Part shown: in pieces, positions 12,001 to 25,900 of the stretch | How positions within the stretch are numbered: the first letter of the stretch is position 1 | Layout of the letters: each line of letters begins with the position of its first letter | Assembly (NCBI GenBank): GCA_977030845.1 | Contig: OZ365112.1 | Coordinates: forward strand, 21,142,001 to 21,206,000 | Source of the DNA: Fimbriosthenelais zetlandica | Taxonomy: Eukaryota | Direction: 5' to 3' | DNA: 64,000 nucleotides | Position numbers and translations under genes: made by a program | Notes under the pieces: generated by a model | Database searches by the model: none | What the model saw: the letters and a program-made list of their open reading frames with translations, nothing else | Told to the model about the DNA's origin: nothing

Positions 12001-15000
12001 GGCAGAGAAGCTGTCAAGTGGAGGCGTCCCACATTGACGTCACATGTCTCTGTACCTCATTAATTTGTAGATGAATGGCACTATACCTCGCGCTTTTTCC
12101 TATTTACAGTTTTACACTACATTAAAGCATCCAGTTCTTCAATTGCCTATAAAAGTTCAACGCCGCCCCTCATATCTATCCTTTGACAAGTGATCCTACA
12201 GATAAAGGGGTTGTTAATTTGAAATATTCATCGTGTTACAACCCTGCTCATCTCCCATGTTCTTATATGACGTGTATAGACTGCTATCAGAGTCTATGAT
12301 TATAGTGTATGATTAAAAGTATGGTAGTATGTGTGAGCTCATCTATTGTAGCCAAGGACAGGGGACAATTAACACTTCTTCCAGCTTTAATCAGTGGTTA
12401 CGTCCTCAATGTAATTGATGAACGATAATCTGTTGCTTTGCTGTGATGAAACATCCAGTACATCTACCTCTTAATGATAGGCTGGCAGGCATAGAGCTGC
12501 ACAGGCTTTAAACGATTAACATAACAGCAGCTTATAATAGAGCTGGTAACACCTTCTAAACTAGAAGGGGATGGGAATCAATATTAAAATAAATTGTTTT
12601 ATCACATTTGATTGAAATGCAAAGACTAGTAAAACATGGGCTGTCAATGTCTAGCATAAATATTGCTTATCAAACACTTTGTTACAACGAATTGTAGATA
12701 TACATTGTTTGCTGTATTATCGAGATAATTCGATAATTCAACTGAGCAGTATAGAGTGCACATGCTCGATTATCCTCGAGCATGTCCAAATTTCGATGTC
12801 ATTAGTCATGGCTGAGTGAGTGATCAAAATGCCCCTTTAAGGCTTTGGTCCTCATTATATTGGTATCAGTTGTGTAACATAGATTTCCCCATAGTATGGG
12901 TCTGAGTAAACATAACACTTAATAGTCTGGCACAGAGCAATGGAAGGCCATGAGTAGTGTATGGAAAGGCTGGTCGGGGGAAGGCAAACATTTCACTCGA
13001 CCACACATTACTCGCTGCCAAATAGTACTCCAGCAAAAGACCATATAATATGTGGATGATACTGTAATAGAACAACTGAGTACAACTGGCTGGTATGTAG
13101 GCAGTTTTATGAACCGACAAAAATTCCACCCCGGGCTTTTTCTCGTATAATGTTTCAAATCAATCTTTTTTTGCAGTGGGTTAGTTGAGGGCATCAATAA
13201 CCCGGTCATGTAGTGGACTTCTCGGCTTATTGCAGCTAAAGGCGAGGTCAATGGGTTTGGCATGGGAGGAAAGAGTGGCATCAGAAATGCATTATCATTC
13301 TGTTGAGCCAGTCACCCAATACAAGCATGGCATTTTCATTCTGCCACATCTTTTCTTACATACACAAAGTAATAACCGGCGAACTGCATGTGTTATGAAA
13401 GTGAATGTAAAATGTTTAGCACATGACAAAATTGTACCTCCATGCTTGTCATTAACAGGCTTCTTTTTTATTGGGAAATCCCATGGTCTGGCGAACGATT
13501 TTTGTTGGGAAATCCCATACAGCAAGTTATAGTAATCATAAAATCTCTAACCACCGTCATGCATGCATTGATAACCCACTCTCAGGGTTCATATGTTTAT
13601 ATGAAAGCATTTCTTATCTGCTGAGTCAGGTTTGGCTTGACCTATTTTCATGACATTGTGAGAAAATTAAAGCTGCAGCAAGAGTCAGGCCCCCATCAAA
13701 TGATTCAGATTAACGATTGGTGGCGGTTTTAAGTACAATTTTCCAATTATAATCACAATCTGAGGGGGACTGCCATTGCAGAACCGGTCCAACATGAAAG
13801 TTAAAAGCATCGGGAGGCTGCAATTCAATATTCCACCAGAGAAATCAAAGAAGAGAAGGTTCTATACTGTGGTATCTATAAATACAAGTGTGAGCGAGCT
13901 ATTGAAGCGATTAGCGCCTGAAGTCAATGTATAGATGACTTTTATCGCTATGCTATACGTGCTCTATTCCAGCGAAATATCAAGGGAGAAATAAACTGTA
14001 TCAAATATTATCATGTGATGGTGTCCTCGTCACAGCGGTATCTCAACTCAAATTATTATTTCTTTACCACGTACAATGATTGGCATTTATGACATGATGT
14101 CTGATAGTCATTGAGATTGGGCATGAAATAAAATTTGTTAAGTTAAGTACCGTTCCCTTTAACAAATGCATGTATTTTAGTGTATCGTCTTCCTGGGTTA
14201 CATGCTGATTTGGTTACCACATCACTGATAGTGCCCCGACAACCTCCGACTATGTCATGACTGTGTTTGTTCAGCCTTTCCCAGCCCAGCAGGCGGGAGG
14301 ATAATGGTGAGGTGGTGGCTGGTCTCTGAGACTGATCCCTGCCTGAAAAACATGCTAACCGCCCATCATCTATAGCATACATTACACCACAACTGCTTCT
14401 ACCACCAGATCTACCTCAGTGATGGTAATAATCATGTGATGATCCACCACTACACATCATCTAGATGTGCTATTTATACACGGGTTTTTGGTCATCAAAT
14501 ATTATTAACGAAGTCAGTTTTTTAAGAATGAGGACTAATGTATCTTGTCAGTGAGAAAGATGAAAGACTTGATAACACGTATCTCTTGTCCCCCGTGCGA
14601 ATTTAGGTGTCAAAGCAGACTGTCATAATCAAAATAGCAATGAGATTTTTAGATGAGCGTTTATTAGTTGTCCAGAAGGGCCAGGAAGACCAAAATAGAA
14701 TGGACTTGGACTGCACGAATAGCCCCTTGTCCTCCTTTATTGCATTGAGCCTTCCCTACCCTGTAACCCCAGTTTAATTAAAAGCTTGCTGTAATGTCCA
14801 GCAAGGACAAGTTCTTTAATCTACCATCTCTGTTGGGCAGAGTCGCCAGGACTAGTCACTTCACCCATGACCTTTTGTGGTTGGGGCGGATATGGACGTT
14901 TCCATAATTATCTTTATGAAAGGAACAAACGTTTCATTTGCATTTGGAACAGACCTAAAGTAATGCTAAAACAACTGGTGATGTACTCTCATATCGACAA

Positions 15001-18000
15001 CCCAAAAAAGGGTTAGACCCCCTTTGTAGATTCACTGCCGGCCTGGAGATGAACTCCCAGCTTCGTATCGAGGACCCAATGATTCACAAATAATGGCCCT
15101 ATGATTTCATTGACATGCGTGTATAGCTTCCATGTACATCCCACCTCTGTGCCGAGTGCACTGTGACAGATGCATTCGAAAAGATAAAACGAAATATTTA
15201 ACACACCCTCACTTTTGCCGCCAGATGACCTGTGTGGTCACTGGAGGAATCAATAAGGCAGCGGAGAGCCTTCCGCCCAAGTAATATCCGGCCTGCATCA
15301 AAGCAAAGAGACAGATCACTCCGCCACACTTCTTCTTTTGCCTATATCCAACCCCAGCGATCTTTGGGGGCACATTCAATGACAGGAAGTAAAGCCAGAG
15401 AAAAACAGTAACAGAGGGCATGGCGAACTTGGTAACACCCACATCATTCTTTCATCCCCGGGCACCACCTCGGGCATGTTTTTGACGATTTCATTTCCGC
15501 TTTGGGTCTAGCCGTATGTCACGGGCTCAACTAGGATGGACGGACTAGATTTATATGTGAGGAAGCACTGACATGCTCGGTCTATGGTGGGGCTTTCTAG
15601 ACGCTCTTTCGTCCCTGTGATTTGATGCTGTGTTATAGACTTTATTGGAGCGCAAATACAGCAAGCACATTGCTTCATGCCCTCACGCCTCAGGCATCTG
15701 ATTGAGCTTTCAGCAAGGTGGGTCTGATGGATTCTCCAGGAAGCACAAAGGATAAAAGCGGAGTTACAGTATATGAATCAGAATGTTGTGACTGGGCATC
15801 CATGCCGTCTGGGCTGGAGAGATGAACACATCATCTGTGTGATAAATAGAACGAAGAGTATGTTGTCCTCACAAGATAAACCTTCATTGCCCTGGTGTCC
15901 ACCACCATAAGCATGTGATTGAATCACACATATATCTCGGCTTCATGGCATGGTAACGTCAACTCAGCAGTTATCTTCAGATAGCCAGCAGAATGAGATG
16001 CCTGCCTATATTGCGAGTAAAACTGATGGAGGAGCCAGATCGTATGTAGGCGAAGTATGCCCCAGATATTCAACCTAATCAGAGCCATGAGAGCTGATTG
16101 GTGTGTGTAATAGTTTATATATTCTAGATAGACTCCTGACTGACTTCCTTTGACAACAGATAAAGGTTACTAAGGATGGAATTGTTGGAGCTATGGTGAC
16201 TGCCTAAGTTACTCATTTTTCACCCTCGCCTCCTCATCATGGGACATTATAGATAATATCACTATTTCCTTTAAACCGCAATGACAAGATTCCCATATCG
16301 ACATGCAATACCAATTATTGGTTAGACCACGAACGAGTTTTTTTTCTGAAGATATATGTATGTAAGTAGTCAGACAATCAAGAAATAGACTTGCCCAAAG
16401 GCACAGCCTATCTATCGAACACAAAGCAACCACGCCGGTAAAAGGCTTGAGGATAGATTAGCACTGTACAGAATATGGCCCTTCTGCAGGTTGATCAGGT
16501 CCTGGAATCTATGCTCTTCTAAGAATATCCTTGTAAATTTGTTAAATTCTTTTTTTTTTGGAATTGGAAAATAAATATATTACATGTATCCTCATTGGAA
16601 GTCGATGTGATGTTTGCTTCCCTTGGTCCAGTCTGAAGACAAAGGTCAATCAATGAAAATTGATTTGGACAGCCTAATGAAAAACTGGCTTCTAATAAGT
16701 GTGACTACTCGCCATTACCCAAGACCTCCATCCGGGTCCCACCAGGCACAACCAAGAGGAGACCAACCGGCCCTAATTGTTTCCTCAACAGAGGAACATG
16801 TGGTGGAGCTGTGGGAGCGTTAACCTTTCAATTGTCACATTGTCTAGTGACCAAAAACAATCACTGAAATCCCGAGGTCAACCACAACAACATGAGATGA
16901 TAAGGATCACAACATCATATCCTCTTATGCTGTTATTTGTGGCAGTTCGATGCACATAATCTAATGAACGATTTATCACTTGTGATATCACTTCATTTTT
17001 TTCTGAACATTGGCCTCTGAAGGTGGAGCACCTAATTAGGCCAAGACTTTCCATCTGCAGTCATCACTTGCATTGATGACAGGCTTAATAATTGTACCCT
17101 CTTATCAGCCTTACTGGCCGTTTAGGACAGGCGCTTGATGCCTATCATTTGTCTACCATATATATATGTAGTTCCCACTTATATTTTTATACTGGCTCTG
17201 CTTTTGATATTAGTCACCGAGAGTCAATTTTCACGGGCTGCAGTGACAGGAGAAAATGTCCAGTCATCACGCTAGTTCATGACTTTACATTTCACTGACT
17301 GACAGTCTGCTCCCATAGCGTCTGTCAACACGTCTGCTGGGTAATGTTAACTACTTGTATGTTAACTAAAAGACCAAAGAGGATATGTGAAAGGATATCA
17401 GGAGCATCCACTCGTATTCATATACCTGTATTCACTAGACGTCAACGGAAAGAAAACTCCGTAAATAGAACTGCATGTAGAGAAGTGGAATTTTATCTCC
17501 AAACATCTCTGGAAAGTGCCATGGCCAGAAAGCATCGAAAGTCTCAACACATCTTTTTCACTCTTCCTCTTAAGCAGTGTCTGCCTCCAAAATGATAGTG
17601 GTAGTGGCAGACACCAGCAAGTGTGGCTTCAAGTGGCTGGTACCAACTTTGTGAGAAAGACTCTGTCAAGAGTATGTGTACTGGATATGTGAATACAAGA
17701 GGTGTGTTTACAAACAGTGATGTGAATACTTACTATATGACTGCTGTAAGTACGATGGGTGTACACTGAGATAATGTGGACTTCATGAGATAAACACCTG
17801 CATGTCTTAACGTTGATGTCTTCTGTGTGTTGGCAGATATCTTATCGATGCATACTTTGCACTGTTATTGCTTTTAATATTCAAGTATGTACTTGTTAGA
17901 ACTACCCTCTGACCTATCACATTGATAAAGATTTAGGTCTGAAACCATACAGTCTGCAATTCATTTGCTCAAACATTTGCTCATGGCTTGAATATATTAT

Positions 18001-18999
18001 TATTGATCCAAATGATCTCATCATTAGGAATGATATATTATTTAGTGATGAAAGGAATAACAAGTAGATCAGCCTTTGATTATAGTCGACTAATATGGTG
18101 ATTATTTTGTAAGTGAAGCAGGATAAGTCACACACACTTTCCTCTCTTTCTCATCAGGACGTGCTATGAGATGAGTTACCAATATAAACTCCACGTTACC
18201 CAAAATAGCCTCAAAGACCCCGATACTACGTGCTTGGCTCATTATGCCAATATGAAGTCGATGGAGGAAGGGATCGTTTGAGAATTTGTTACGTCCTGCT
18301 TCAATTTTCTACAGCTTTCTTGAAGAAGCTTCTATTTTATGACACCACCGAGATTTCAATTGCTCGGCCCGGCCTGAATGGAACATGGTGCTGTAGTGAA
18401 CATGGCTCTTGGCGATTATTTCTTAACACAGGTTTTGTCAAAACATTGAACTACATCCGGAATGTAGGCAGGCTGTCAAGAAGTGGCTGTCAGGGCTATA
18501 TATGATGTAAATTAATGATTAGCTGGGTAAGAGGTGAGCGTGAAGGCAGCCCACCGCAGCTGTCGCCCGCCACCAATCACTGGCATCTCCCTCAATCTTT
18601 TCCTAAGATGAAAGGAACCAATACATGATTAAATGATATGAAGCACATTGACAAAATCTCTGCTAACGCAGAGGTAAAACGTAACATAATATTTTACATG
18701 TCCAATGTGAAATTGAATTGATATCATCACGTCTATAGGATCACTCATCATGTTAGACAAATTCATGCTTCAGACTATATATAGGTGTGGCTGTTTTTGA
18801 ATACTAGTATTGAATATGACCTCGACATGGCCTCATTATCTCCAGCCATGGAAGCATGCTCACATGCTGCATGTCTAGATAGAGTAACTCGTTATGTCAG
18901 TGAACCGCTCTTGGTTTAATTATAGCCATCTATGCGTGCCACTGTCACTAATGAAGAGGATCGAATCGGAAAATCCTCATATTGGCCCTAAGAAAACCT

Positions 19000-19900
19000 G
19001 GCATGGAACAGCCAGGCACAAAAACTCACACATAACCCTTCATGGACTCCCAAAGGAACAAAAAAAGAGTCTTTTAAAGATAGAATGCATTGACACGAAG
19101 TCTTTGGAAGGTCTTTTTATAGACGACAGGCTATTTCCGGATCTTGTGGTCAATAAAAAGGTTCCTCGGGGAGATGCTTGGCTATAAAAAACCTTGCTTG
19201 TGCCCCTCTTCTTTTGTCTCTGACATGTTCAGCATTGGAAGCTTCTTTCAGGTTTGAGATTGGTAGAGATAGGTCACTCTTCCATCATCTCACTACAGTT
19301 TTTTGGTTTATTATGGAGTTCACAGTCTCAAGGATTTTGACAGTAGGAGGTGAAAGGAGCAGTTTATTGAGGACAGCATGAGGGTAAGGGGATTCCTGTT
19401 CACGAATTGTCATAACATAATGTGCAGAACAGAAGAGCCCTCATAGATCTTAATATATCTTTGGATAGATCTTTGCAGGGTTTGACCCTCGAAATTGATC
19501 CATAGATATGCCCCATGAATCTTTCCGAAGTACATTGTTCCACGTGGGCTTCTTATCGACACAAGTCCAGGTTTTATTTGAAAAGGTATCTTATCTTATT
19601 GAGCCACACATCGATGAGATTGTCTTTTGGCTTGCTTCTATGAGAAGAGTATTGCTCTTTCATGCAAGATATGTCCCAGGCATGATTGTGAATCAGAAGA
19701 AACATGAATTGAAAAGCATCCTCCAACTAGCAACGTTAAAAAGGAAACAATATTTCCATTTTATTTTTTTTAGCGTTGTTTAGCTATGGGTATAATTTGC
19801 CATAGACTGCTTTTCAAATCGAACTTGTCTGTCAATCCATCTATCAATGTGCCTGTCAAGATGAACACCTTGCATGGCCTAGTTGTGAGCAGCGTGCAGG
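19000..19900 (-). mobile_element. Possible highly degraded Ty3/Gypsy integrase relic
   Basis: Minus-strand fragments broken by stops and frameshifts (DLHAAHN*AMQG...WIDRQV; REQESPYPHAVLN) loosely resemble the HHCC zinc-finger region (LHxxH...WPGIDxxIE) and later integrase core of Gypsy elements. Weak, by-eye similarity. Confidence 0.3.
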
Positions 19901-22900
19901 TCAGGACCTATAATAGAAGAGACAGTGCACACTGGACCTTTAAAATCTAGTCTTCTTCTTGCTCGTGTGTTTATTCTAATACAAGTTAAACTGGAACATC
20001 CCTGTAACTGATAGTGAATCAACAGTAGTGATTTTTATACATAAGTAAAAATCCTAACCTATACACCATAATGTATTATATGTACACTCCAGAACAATAG
20101 CGAAAAACAGTATGCACATAAAGGAATGCCTTTGGGCCAATTCACCATATGACCTTCCAGCAGCCTTGATAGTGGATGAAAAAACTGGAATACATTTGCA
20201 ATGGAATGGAAGAGAAACACAGCAAACCTTCTTGACACTCATTGATAGTTAAAAACAGTCGCAGCAAGAAACATGTCATCTCTACAGAGGAAAAGATCAA
20301 AACAGAGACTGGGCGATTAGTGACAATGCAAGAAGAGTGTGTTAGTAGCATGAAATTCCAGATCCACTGTAACAGATTATAGCTTCAGTGATTTTTCTGA
20401 GGCTTTTTGGCTTTTATGGAACCTCAAATTAGATTAGAAATCCTTTAAAGGGATTTAATTAGTTATTATTAAAACTGTACTTTTCATCAGTCTTGATGTC
20501 ATAAATTAATGTATAAATCAAGATTGCAGTGGAACTGGGTCTTGTTTATCTTGAAATTTCCTTGGTAATTCAGGAAATACAGTAAATACAGTAAATATAG
20601 ATTGCGAGACAACCATGACAGAATTGTAATGCAATGTAAGAGCAGTCCTTCATCAGTTGTGGAGTACATTTGAGGGGTATTAAGCTCGGGGAAAGGACAA
20701 CCCCATGCCAAGAATAAATGTCTACCTGTCGTCATCAGTGTCGTGTTTAGGTTGTCCATCTCAGTAGTTGTAGCTGAAATGATACAAGTTGCCAAAATCA
20801 ATCGTATCCTTACATTATAAACCGACTATAATGTGCAACTCCCATAAATAGAGTCATGTCCTACTTGCATTCCAACCTGCTCTGATTAAGACTATGCCTG
20901 CCGCAACGCCTCAGAGATTATCGATTTCGTTGTTCAAGAAACTTATTACTCAGTTTATATGAACTAAATATACAGAATCTTACGATATGTTTTGAGTAAC
21001 CACAGGCATCAATCATCATGAATAATGCAAGCACTTAACGTGACAAATGTCATTACTAACGTCAGTTGCATTTCTTATAGCTGTGTCTGTTCCTAAAATT
21101 TAAAGCAGTCGTTTTGAAACTGCTGCTTATAGAAGTGTGTGGTTTTGATTTTTATCTGTTGACCTGCATTCAAATGGCCCATCCATCTTCTATGTCTCCA
21201 TAGCTTTCATTTCATTTGGCAACAGTTCTCATTGCATGCAACACTTTTCTCCCTGTTGATGTCACGCAAGCTTTGTACGCTCCATAAAAACGAGTAAGAG
21301 TCAATGCTTTTCAGTCAAAGCAGGATATGTATCATCTCAATCTTTTGAAATGAATCTTGCACACATGTATGCTGCCATATATCGTATTGAAATAGATGGT
21401 TACAACATAACATGACTTGGGAGTATACATAATTCTGTAGTGAAATATTCTTGATTGCCGTATGGTTGATCAGATACAGAATTTTTGCAATTGCATGTAC
21501 ATGTATAGCAATTATAACAAGATGACATAGACATGCGGCATTGGTATAATGGGCGCTTCACTATTACAAGTAACGCAAAATGTTGGAGGACAAAGGTCTC
21601 GTGAAACAATATAGAAAGCATCTGCTTTATCTGCTTTACCATGATGGGTTCCTGAGAATCCTTGAAGAGCTTCCCTGGAAGTATTTACGGAAGGTTAGGC
21701 GAGGTAGTCAATGTCGGAAAGAGAGTGATGAAAAGAGGCCTTAAAGGACAAGGATGAAAATAGTCCTCCTTATCTCCCTAGCTACCCGCACCGTACGTCC
21801 CAAGATAACAGCATGCAGGGGGAGAGCCCACTTCAGACCCCGAGACCCTGGCAGAAAATGTCTGTTTAGAGAGCCTGATGAATGATTTCTAAATAGAGAA
21901 TGATGGATGGTCTACTTTAAACAGTTACTCTGTTCTTTTAATTATTTTTAAACCCCGAGTGATTGATATAAAGGTGAAGTTACCAGTTTATAGTTTGACA
22001 AATTCTGAGAAGTCGGGTCGGGGTTGAAAATTTGCTTCTTATATGATTACACAAACTTAATGCAAATATTTCCTCGATGACAGGTATAGATTTGTTTTTA
22101 AGGAAAACGAAGTAAAGGAGACAAAGGAACTCGTAAACGAGAAGACAATTCAGAAACCCTCTGCCAGTATGGGAACTTTCATGAAAATTCGTTCATGCTG
22201 TAATGACATTAACTCTGTCGATCCAAAGGTCTAATCAACCTTTATTGACTAAGGCCCACATTGGATATAAGCTCCCCGGCCGTGGGGACGAAATGTACTT
22301 GGCAGTTAACCTTGGTGTACGACCAAGGATCTCTATATTAAACTAAGTCAAACTGGCAAAGGCCACACATAGATCTGTAATTTCTTCTTTTTCCGGGCTA
22401 TTTTCAGTAACTCTGACCCATCCCTGAGCAGCTAGCGTTCTCAGATTTGGGACACTGCACATTCATTATCTCTGTACAACCGAGTAGTGAAGGCTGTGAC
22501 TACCACTGCGAAGGGGGAAAAGTGCTCGAGCTCGCCAATTGCTCACCAGCTAAAAATAGATCACCTCGGGAAAAACCCATTCTGGGCCGACCTTTTTTCT
22601 TGGAAAATTGATGGCAGGAAAACCTGGCGTTGTATAGTTTATGTTGGGGAGGGGAAAAGTCCCATGGGGAATCAACAGGAGAAAGGGAATACAGTTACGG
22701 GTGTTATTTCTGCGATAAAACTTCATAATATGCTTAATGGGGCAGCAGTGTCAAGATACATTTATACAGGTTTGAACAAATAATAATGTGAGATTGGTGA
22801 CTATGTGATAGACTGTCTTTTTCACTGCCCGGGAAGCCAGTGTTATGTATCACTTGCTAATGCGAGAATAATTGCGAGATTGCACCGGTGCCTCGATCAT

Positions 22901-25900
22901 CAAGGGTCTTTTTTCACTGGGGGATGATTTTTCCAAAGTGTGTCTCATAACAGGGTTCGTTTTCCTGCATTCTAGGAGAATAAACTGTTGGCGTGAGCCC
23001 ATAGAAATTCTCCTGATCTCGCTTTTTATACGGCTAAAAATTTTACGCCTGTTTAAATACTAATGCCTCAACATGAGGTCCATCTCCCACTGGATCTATG
23101 TGTGTGGTCCATCTCAGCAACAGGAAAATGCCCTCATTCTTCATCTTTTGGTTAGTCATCTTCCCTTTCTTAACTTTAACTCTCTTTACATGCTTGTATC
23201 AAGTCACGTCCACAGCATTCAGTCCCCGAATGTATGCCATTAAAGCAGTAAGTACAACGCTCTGCTGTTAGAATGAAAGCTGTCCTACATCACCAGCCAG
23301 CCAGCCATCACCCAGGCAAAGGTGTGAACATTGCAATATTTCATTCCAAAAGACAATGGAAGAAGACCTCGTCTTCTTCCTTAAAAACCTTCTTACCATT
23401 TCTACAGCCCCTGCCAGAAATACACACAAAGGCAATGGAGATGTTCGCCTCGGGAAAGGAATGGGAATTGGTCCTCAGATTTGTTCTAAGGTAACCCCTT
23501 TATGAGGAAGCACCACCTCCCCTTGGCAACTGATTCCCCCTGTTCTGTTCTTTCCTTGTATTATCACCCATCTCCCCAGCTACCTCAGCTTCTGCCTCTG
23601 TGGAGAGAACATTGATTATCAGGGGAGTTCGAGGGTCCACCAGGAATGCAAGCAATATTTCTTTGATCTCTGAGGAACATGTTTTCCTTTAAGTCTTTGA
23701 GTCTGATGACAGGCCATCCCCCAAGGCAGGACTGCAGCTCAGCTGAGTATGTGTACATATGAGTGCAGGCAATTGTATGTAAACTAAATGGAAATGCAGT
23801 GTGGAAAGCATACAAAGGATATTGATTACACTAGCGTAGAGCTAAATGGACTGACACATTTTAATGTGGCACATAGACGCTGTAGAGAGTGAATAATTAT
23901 ATCGATTTATTATGGATTTTAGACCATTGAAATATGTCTCACTGCAATAATAACACCCTAGCCTGGCCTGATGGGAACTGGAGAGGAACATATTATATAG
24001 TAGTAAAGTAGAACGATAGCAGAAGAGATTAGCATCATGTCTAGACAGCATGCTCCTGGCTCAGGTGATCAGGCATTGTTTGAAATACATCAGCTCTTAC
24101 AAGGATAGTAAAGAGGACGTTTGAAAATGTATTAACTAACATCCTGTTCGTTTATTACCAAATTCTTTTTGAATTCCCCGAGGTAGACCATTTAAGGTTC
24201 CTTGCCTTGAGGGTATAATAGAGATTGTTGAGGCTCTTAGTAAAGGCTAATCCATCAATGTTGCTGGATTTTTGTTCATGGAGGTATTGTTGGTGTTCAC
24301 CCCTGCTCCCTGCTCTTCGCATGTGGCCGGCAATCGGCCACCAGTCGCTGTCGGACATCTCCTCCCGGCTGAATCACAGGTCAGCAGCAATGAGCAGTGA
24401 TTGACGTTGTGAACTAGAGGTGCTGATTTTTTATTCATGGGGGATAAGCTACAAATAGTGCAAGTCATTGGATGTATCCTATAACGTACAGGGCTCAGCA
24501 TGCTATAGGTGACCTCCTGTTTCCCTCATCTATCTAGAGGAGTTCTGAAAGGCAACTCCACTTTTTTGCTTTTTGATATTCATATTGGGGAATAATAGTA
24601 GGCCTATAGTGATACCCTTTTGTTATCACCATTTCAACAGTCACTTACCTGAATGGAAGACATATTATATTGATATGCTCTTCGCCAGACTATAGTTGGC
24701 ACACGAGCAAATACCGGTAGTTCCATTTGATGAGGTGAACCCCTGCTATGTCACACATAGCAGGAACAGAGGTAGCACGGTTATAAACATAGTGGTGAAG
24801 GGTTTAGTCTCTAGAAGCTTTGGTACAGGATGGCCTTTCATGGGGGTCATGTTACCTATTCCCATGGGAATGACTTTAAGACAGCAAACTCTCACTCTCT
24901 GAAGTCTATTTCATTATCTCAAAGATATATGATGGGATGAAGGGAATCTATTGTTGAGAATGGGTCGCTCTGCTATTTAACCCATTGCCAGCGCTTTAAA
25001 AAGGCAATGGTAATGTTTATCATCCTTGAAACTCGTCATTCTTGAGGTGTGAATCATCTGGCACTCTTGAGGACACGTGGTATATAGAAAGCGACATTTT
25101 GAGGGGTTCTTGACCTTAAAGCAGTGCATAATTTCAAAAGGTGAGACCCATGGCTTTAAGTTTCAAAACTCCGTACTGGCGCACGAATGAAAAGTTCATG
25201 TACTAAGCTTATATATATATTAAAATTGTTGAGGTCGGTTGTAAATCCCTCTGTTTCATGATGGGATAGGGAGGAGGCAATCAATACGTCACAAATGACG
25301 TCAGGACACGTGACTAATGACCCTCTGTGCTGGGCAGTCTTAATTGGAGGACAGGGTTATCACAAATTAACGGCCTATGAATACTTCAAAGCTCAAAATC
25401 GATTCTTACCCAAAAAGCAACCTTTTTGCCTGTTCCGATGGGTATTCCAATGAGTCCTCTGATTTTCCCATTTCACAGGGAGGGAACAGAGATCATGTAA
25501 AAACAGGGGACATGGATTTTCTAATATTCACATTGAAAGTCACCAGAGTTTCTTCTGGCAGAAATTGGCTATTCAATTTTCCATCGATCCCCCTTTCCAC
25601 AGCAAGTGCCCATTTGCTGCCTGAAGGGGCACAAAAGGATGACGGTTGTAATTCTAACATCGTCCAATCCGTCATCTCTCATCGTATTTTGACCCCATGC
25701 ACTTTTCACATTTTCTTTTCGGTTGTTTATAAGCAATATTGTCCTGTATATACTCTGAGTTGCTTCCCTGCCTCATCCCTCATTCTGTTCAATTTTATTA
25801 TTACAACCAGCATAATACACCTCTCTTTATCAATGTAATATCTATTGATTGATTCTTGAGCCATGTCTGCTGTCTTTGTTGTACCCTATAAGTATCGTCA

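Noticed and set aside
12760-12785. Perfect 10-bp hairpin ACATGCTCGA-ttatcc-TCGAGCATGT
   Set aside because: Considered as a Helitron 3' hairpin, but no CTRR terminus follows and nothing else supports it.
24140-24372. Candidate last exon for the membrane-protein gene (acceptor gattcag, AGRRCPTA...MD-stop)
   Set aside because: Phase-compatible, but several other acceptors are equally plausible; cannot choose without transcript data.
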